64,000 bases of DNA from an uncultured delta proteobacterium (lineage in GTDB: Bacteria; Myxococcota_A; Polyangia; Polyangiales; Polyangiaceae). The stretch's first letter is position 1, and each line of letters opens with the position of its first letter. The stretch covers positions 1,728,001-1,792,000 of the forward strand of contig CAWJCS010000005.1 in the NCBI GenBank assembly GCA_963841435.1, in the 5' to 3' direction. The position numbers and the translations under genes are program-made. Positions 61,636 through 64,000 of the stretch are shown here, in pieces. The notes below the pieces were generated by a model that was not told the origin of the DNA, ran no database searches, and was given only the letters and a program-made list of their open reading frames with translations.

Positions 61636-62460
61636 ATGAACCAGCTCAGAATCCCGCGCAGAACGGCAACTTTGGCCCTCGTTGCAGCCGCTTCGTTCGG
61701 CTTGCTCGCCGGGGCACGGGACGCGGAGGCGGGCCCCTCCCCCCGCGAGATCATGGACAAGGTGGCCCTCACCCGGAAGCTCGCCGGGTCGGAAGCCGTC
61801 GTGAAGATGACCATCGTCAACGAGAAGGGCCAGACGCGGGAGCGCAAGATCTCGCTCGCCACCAAGCTCTTCGACGGCGGCAAGACCGAGAAGCGCGTCT
61901 ACCAGTTCCTCGCCCCGGCCGACGTGAAGGGCACCGGCGTGCTCGTCTTCGACTACGACGACAAGTCGGACGACACGTGGATCTTTCTCCCCGCTCTACG
62001 CAAGACGCGCCGCATCGTGAGCTCGCAGCGGTCGCAGGCCTTCATGGGTAGCGAATTTTCCTTCGGCGACCTCGCCGTGCCGGCGCTCGACGACTTCAAC
62101 TACAACCTCTTGAAGGAAGAGGCCGCGGGCGGCGAGCCCTGCTGGGTCATCAACGTCATTCCGAAGAACGACGACGTGAAGAAGAGCGACGGCTACTCCA
62201 AGAAGACCTACTGGGTGAGCAAGGACAAGTTCTCCGTCCGCAAGGGCGTCTACTACGACATGGGCGGCAAGCTCCTGAAGGAGCTTGCGACGAGCGATCT
62301 GAAGCTCCTCGACCCGAAGAACAAGCGCTACCGCCCCATGAAGATGGAAATGACCAACAAGCAGAACGGTCGCCGCTCCGTCTTCCAGTCCGAGAAAATC
62401 AGCTTCGCCCCCGACACGAAGGACGACTACTTCACGACGGCGTTCCTCGAGCGGACGTAG
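61636..62460 (+). CDS. LolA-like outer-membrane lipoprotein-sorting protein
   Basis: FLAPADVKGTGVL, WIFLPALRKTRRI, FMGSEFSFGDL, YYDMGGKLLK; GGAG before ATG 61636. Confidence 0.88.
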   Translation: MNQLRIPRRTATLALVAAASFGLLAGARDAEAGPSPREIMDKVALTRKLAGSEAVVKMTIVNEKGQTRERKISLATKLFDGGKTEKRVYQFLAPADVKGTGVLVFDYDDKSDDTWIFLPALRKTRRIVSSQRSQAFMGSEFSFGDLAVPALDDFNYNLLKEEAAGGEPCWVINVIPKNDDVKKSDGYSKKTYWVSKDKFSVRKGVYYDMGGKLLKELATSDLKLLDPKNKRYRPMKMEMTNKQNGRRSVFQSEKISFAPDTKDDYFTTAFLERT

Positions 62461-63473
62461 CGCGACGCGCTGTCCGGCGACTGCTGCGCGAGCGCGCCGC
62501 GCTCACGCGCCGGATCCGAGCCGGGCTGCACGGCGAAGCGTTCAGCCGTCGAAACGCCCCGCAAATCGAGCTGGTGCGCGACGTACGTGAGCTCGCCGCG
62601 CTCGACCTGCGCGCGCCGCGTGCGGAGCCAAGCGTCGAGCGTGGCGCGGTCAACGCCGGGGTCCGCTTCGAGCGCTTCCTCGATCGTCCTCAGAATGTGG
62701 AAGAGGAAGAACGCTTCATTCTCCGGATAGCGTCCGTCGCTCGGGAAGACGACCCAGTCGGAGCTCCCCGCCGCGAGGACCCGCGCGCCTGCCGCGTGAA
62801 GCTGGGCGAATAGGTGTCGACCGGCGCGGCTCTCGCCCGCCCTGTGGCCGAAGCGCACGCGCTCGTCCATCGTCCGGTGGAACGCCGCCATGAGCGCGTC
62901 GTCGGCCGGGTGATCGGGCTGGAAGATCGACTCGCCGTCGAAGTTGATCGTGAACCAGAAGACGCCTCGCGGCGCGAGCCGTGCAAGCAGCGTCGGCAGC
63001 ACGGCGGGCACGTCGACGAGGTCGAGCACGGCGTTCGCGACGAGCAGATCCACACCGTGTGCGTCCGCTGGCCGCCCGGCGAAATCCTGGAGCTCCGCCT
63101 GCGTGCTCAAGACGTCGATCGTGGTGCCGTCGTCGGCCCGTATCCGCGCGGCTGCGCCTTCCACCTCGACCTTGCGCCTCGTCCCAACGGCCCAGCTCTG
63201 GAGCCAGCGGTGAAGGTCGCCGAGCAGCCGCGCGTCAACGTCGAGAGCGACGTATTCACCCGCGCGGAGCACCCTCCAGTCGACGAGCCTGGTCAGCATC
63301 GTCCCGACGCCCGCGCCGATCTCGAGCACACGCGCCGTCGGTAGCGGTGCGAGCGCGCTCCGCACGGTCTCGAGCACGTGGCGGTTCAGCGCGCGATCGT
63401 CAACGGAGATCTTGGAGAGCAGGTACCGGGTCTCGCCGTAGGTCGCAGGGTCCGAGGCGAAATCCGGCAACAT
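62427..63473 (-). CDS. Class I SAM-dependent methyltransferase; true 3' end probably near 62542 after a homopolymer indel
   Basis: YLLSKISVDDRALN, VLEIGAGVG, ANAVLDL, GSSDWVV, HQLD. One extra T would give QLDFAGRFDG-stop and remove the overlap with the LolA-like gene. Confidence 0.85.
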   Translation of the reverse strand: MLPDFASDPATYGETRYLLSKISVDDRALNRHVLETVRSALAPLPTARVLEIGAGVGTMLTRLVDWRVLRAGEYVALDVDARLLGDLHRWLQSWAVGTRRKVEVEGAAARIRADDGTTIDVLSTQAELQDFAGRPADAHGVDLLVANAVLDLVDVPAVLPTLLARLAPRGVFWFTINFDGESIFQPDHPADDALMAAFHRTMDERVRFGHRAGESRAGRHLFAQLHAAGARVLAAGSSDWVVFPSDGRYPENEAFFLFHILRTIEEALEADPGVDRATLDAWLRTRRAQVERGELTYVAHQLDLRGVSTAERFAVQPGSDPARERGALAQQSPDSASRYVRSRNAVVK

Positions 63474-63523
63474 CGCTTCGTCTCCGCGCCGTTAGGCGCG
63501 CTGGGCTTCGCGCCGCGCGGCGC

Positions 63524-64000
63524 TCAAGCGGACGCCGCCGGTTGCGCGCCGTTCGTCACTTGCGCGGGCGGCTGCCAGGGCGGGAGGAACGTGTCGTAGA
63601 AGAACGCGCAGTCTTTCCGGATCTGGGCTTCGTCGAGGCCGAACTTGGCGAGATCGTACTGGTGCTCGGACTCGTACTTGCGCTGCTTTTCGGCGCGCTT
63701 CTTCACCGTGGCGCGAAGCTCGGGCGTCATCTCGTGGTTCAGGAACGTGCACATCTCTTCCATCACGTTCTCGAAATCCATCATCATCCGATCGTAGCGC
63801 ACGATGAACACGCGCTCGTGATCGATGGCACCGCTCTGCCACTCCTCGTGGAACCGCTCGAGCAGTGAGACGAGGGCGCGGTACATGCGTTCGAGCCAGC
63901 GCTTCCTGATTTCCTCGGGCTGCGACCAGAAGCCGAAGGCCCGGTCGAGCACGCCCGTGACGAGGCTCATGGCGCTCGGCAGGACCGCGATGGGATCGCG
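63524..64000 (-). CDS. PAPS-dependent sulfotransferase, C-terminal part (5' end outside window)
   Basis: In frame from 64000: RDPIAVLPS (3'-phosphate-binding RDP..S), VRYDRM, HQYDLAKFGL tail. Confidence 0.82.
   Translation of the reverse strand, partial: RDPIAVLPSAMSLVTGVLDRAFGFWSQPEEIRKRWLERMYRALVSLLERFHEEWQSGAIDHERVFIVRYDRMMMDFENVMEEMCTFLNHEMTPELRATVKKRAEKQRKYESEHQYDLAKFGLDEAQIRKDCAFFYDTFLPPWQPPAQVTNGAQPAASA

Noticed and set aside
62427-62541. Genuine convergent overlap between methyltransferase and LolA-like genes
   Set aside because: Better explained by a one-base homopolymer loss near 62563 that bypasses a stop at 62542-62544.

Overview
64 kb of very GC-rich chromosomal DNA. Gene content points to a myxobacterium, probably Polyangiaceae/Sorangiineae-like (inference): Gly-rich lipoproteins, a zinc-ribbon Ser/Thr kinase, an ECF sigma factor with a neighbouring exported protein, and a propeller di-heme cytochrome. 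The first ~39 kb is mixed housekeeping and accessory content: rpoZ, aspS, a DnaJ-like chaperone, tag, an amidase, two sugar ABC systems with a fucose-isomerase-like gene, a YqjI-type PadR, PhoD, GST, LOG, an HUH/Y1 (RAYT-like) transposase and three intergenic tandem-repeat arrays. From 39.8 kb to the end is a coherent envelope lipid/sulfate-ester island. It holds an MMPL/RND transporter, tandem duplicated lipoproteins, two copies of a module pairing an FN3 plus arylsulfotransferase-like propeller lipoprotein with a CxxC-x-NP lipoprotein, and a metallophosphoesterase. It also holds a FadL plus complete TPAT (TatT-DctP-DctQ-DctM) import operon, a divergent OleA-like thiolase / OM barrel / LolA-like operon, a methyltransferase and a PAPS-dependent sulfotransferase running off the window. 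This island is the best candidate for an undescribed system. Several genes carry isolated single-base frameshifts that look like long-read errors. No rRNA, tRNA or CRISPR array was seen. All family calls come from motif recognition by eye; no searches were run.
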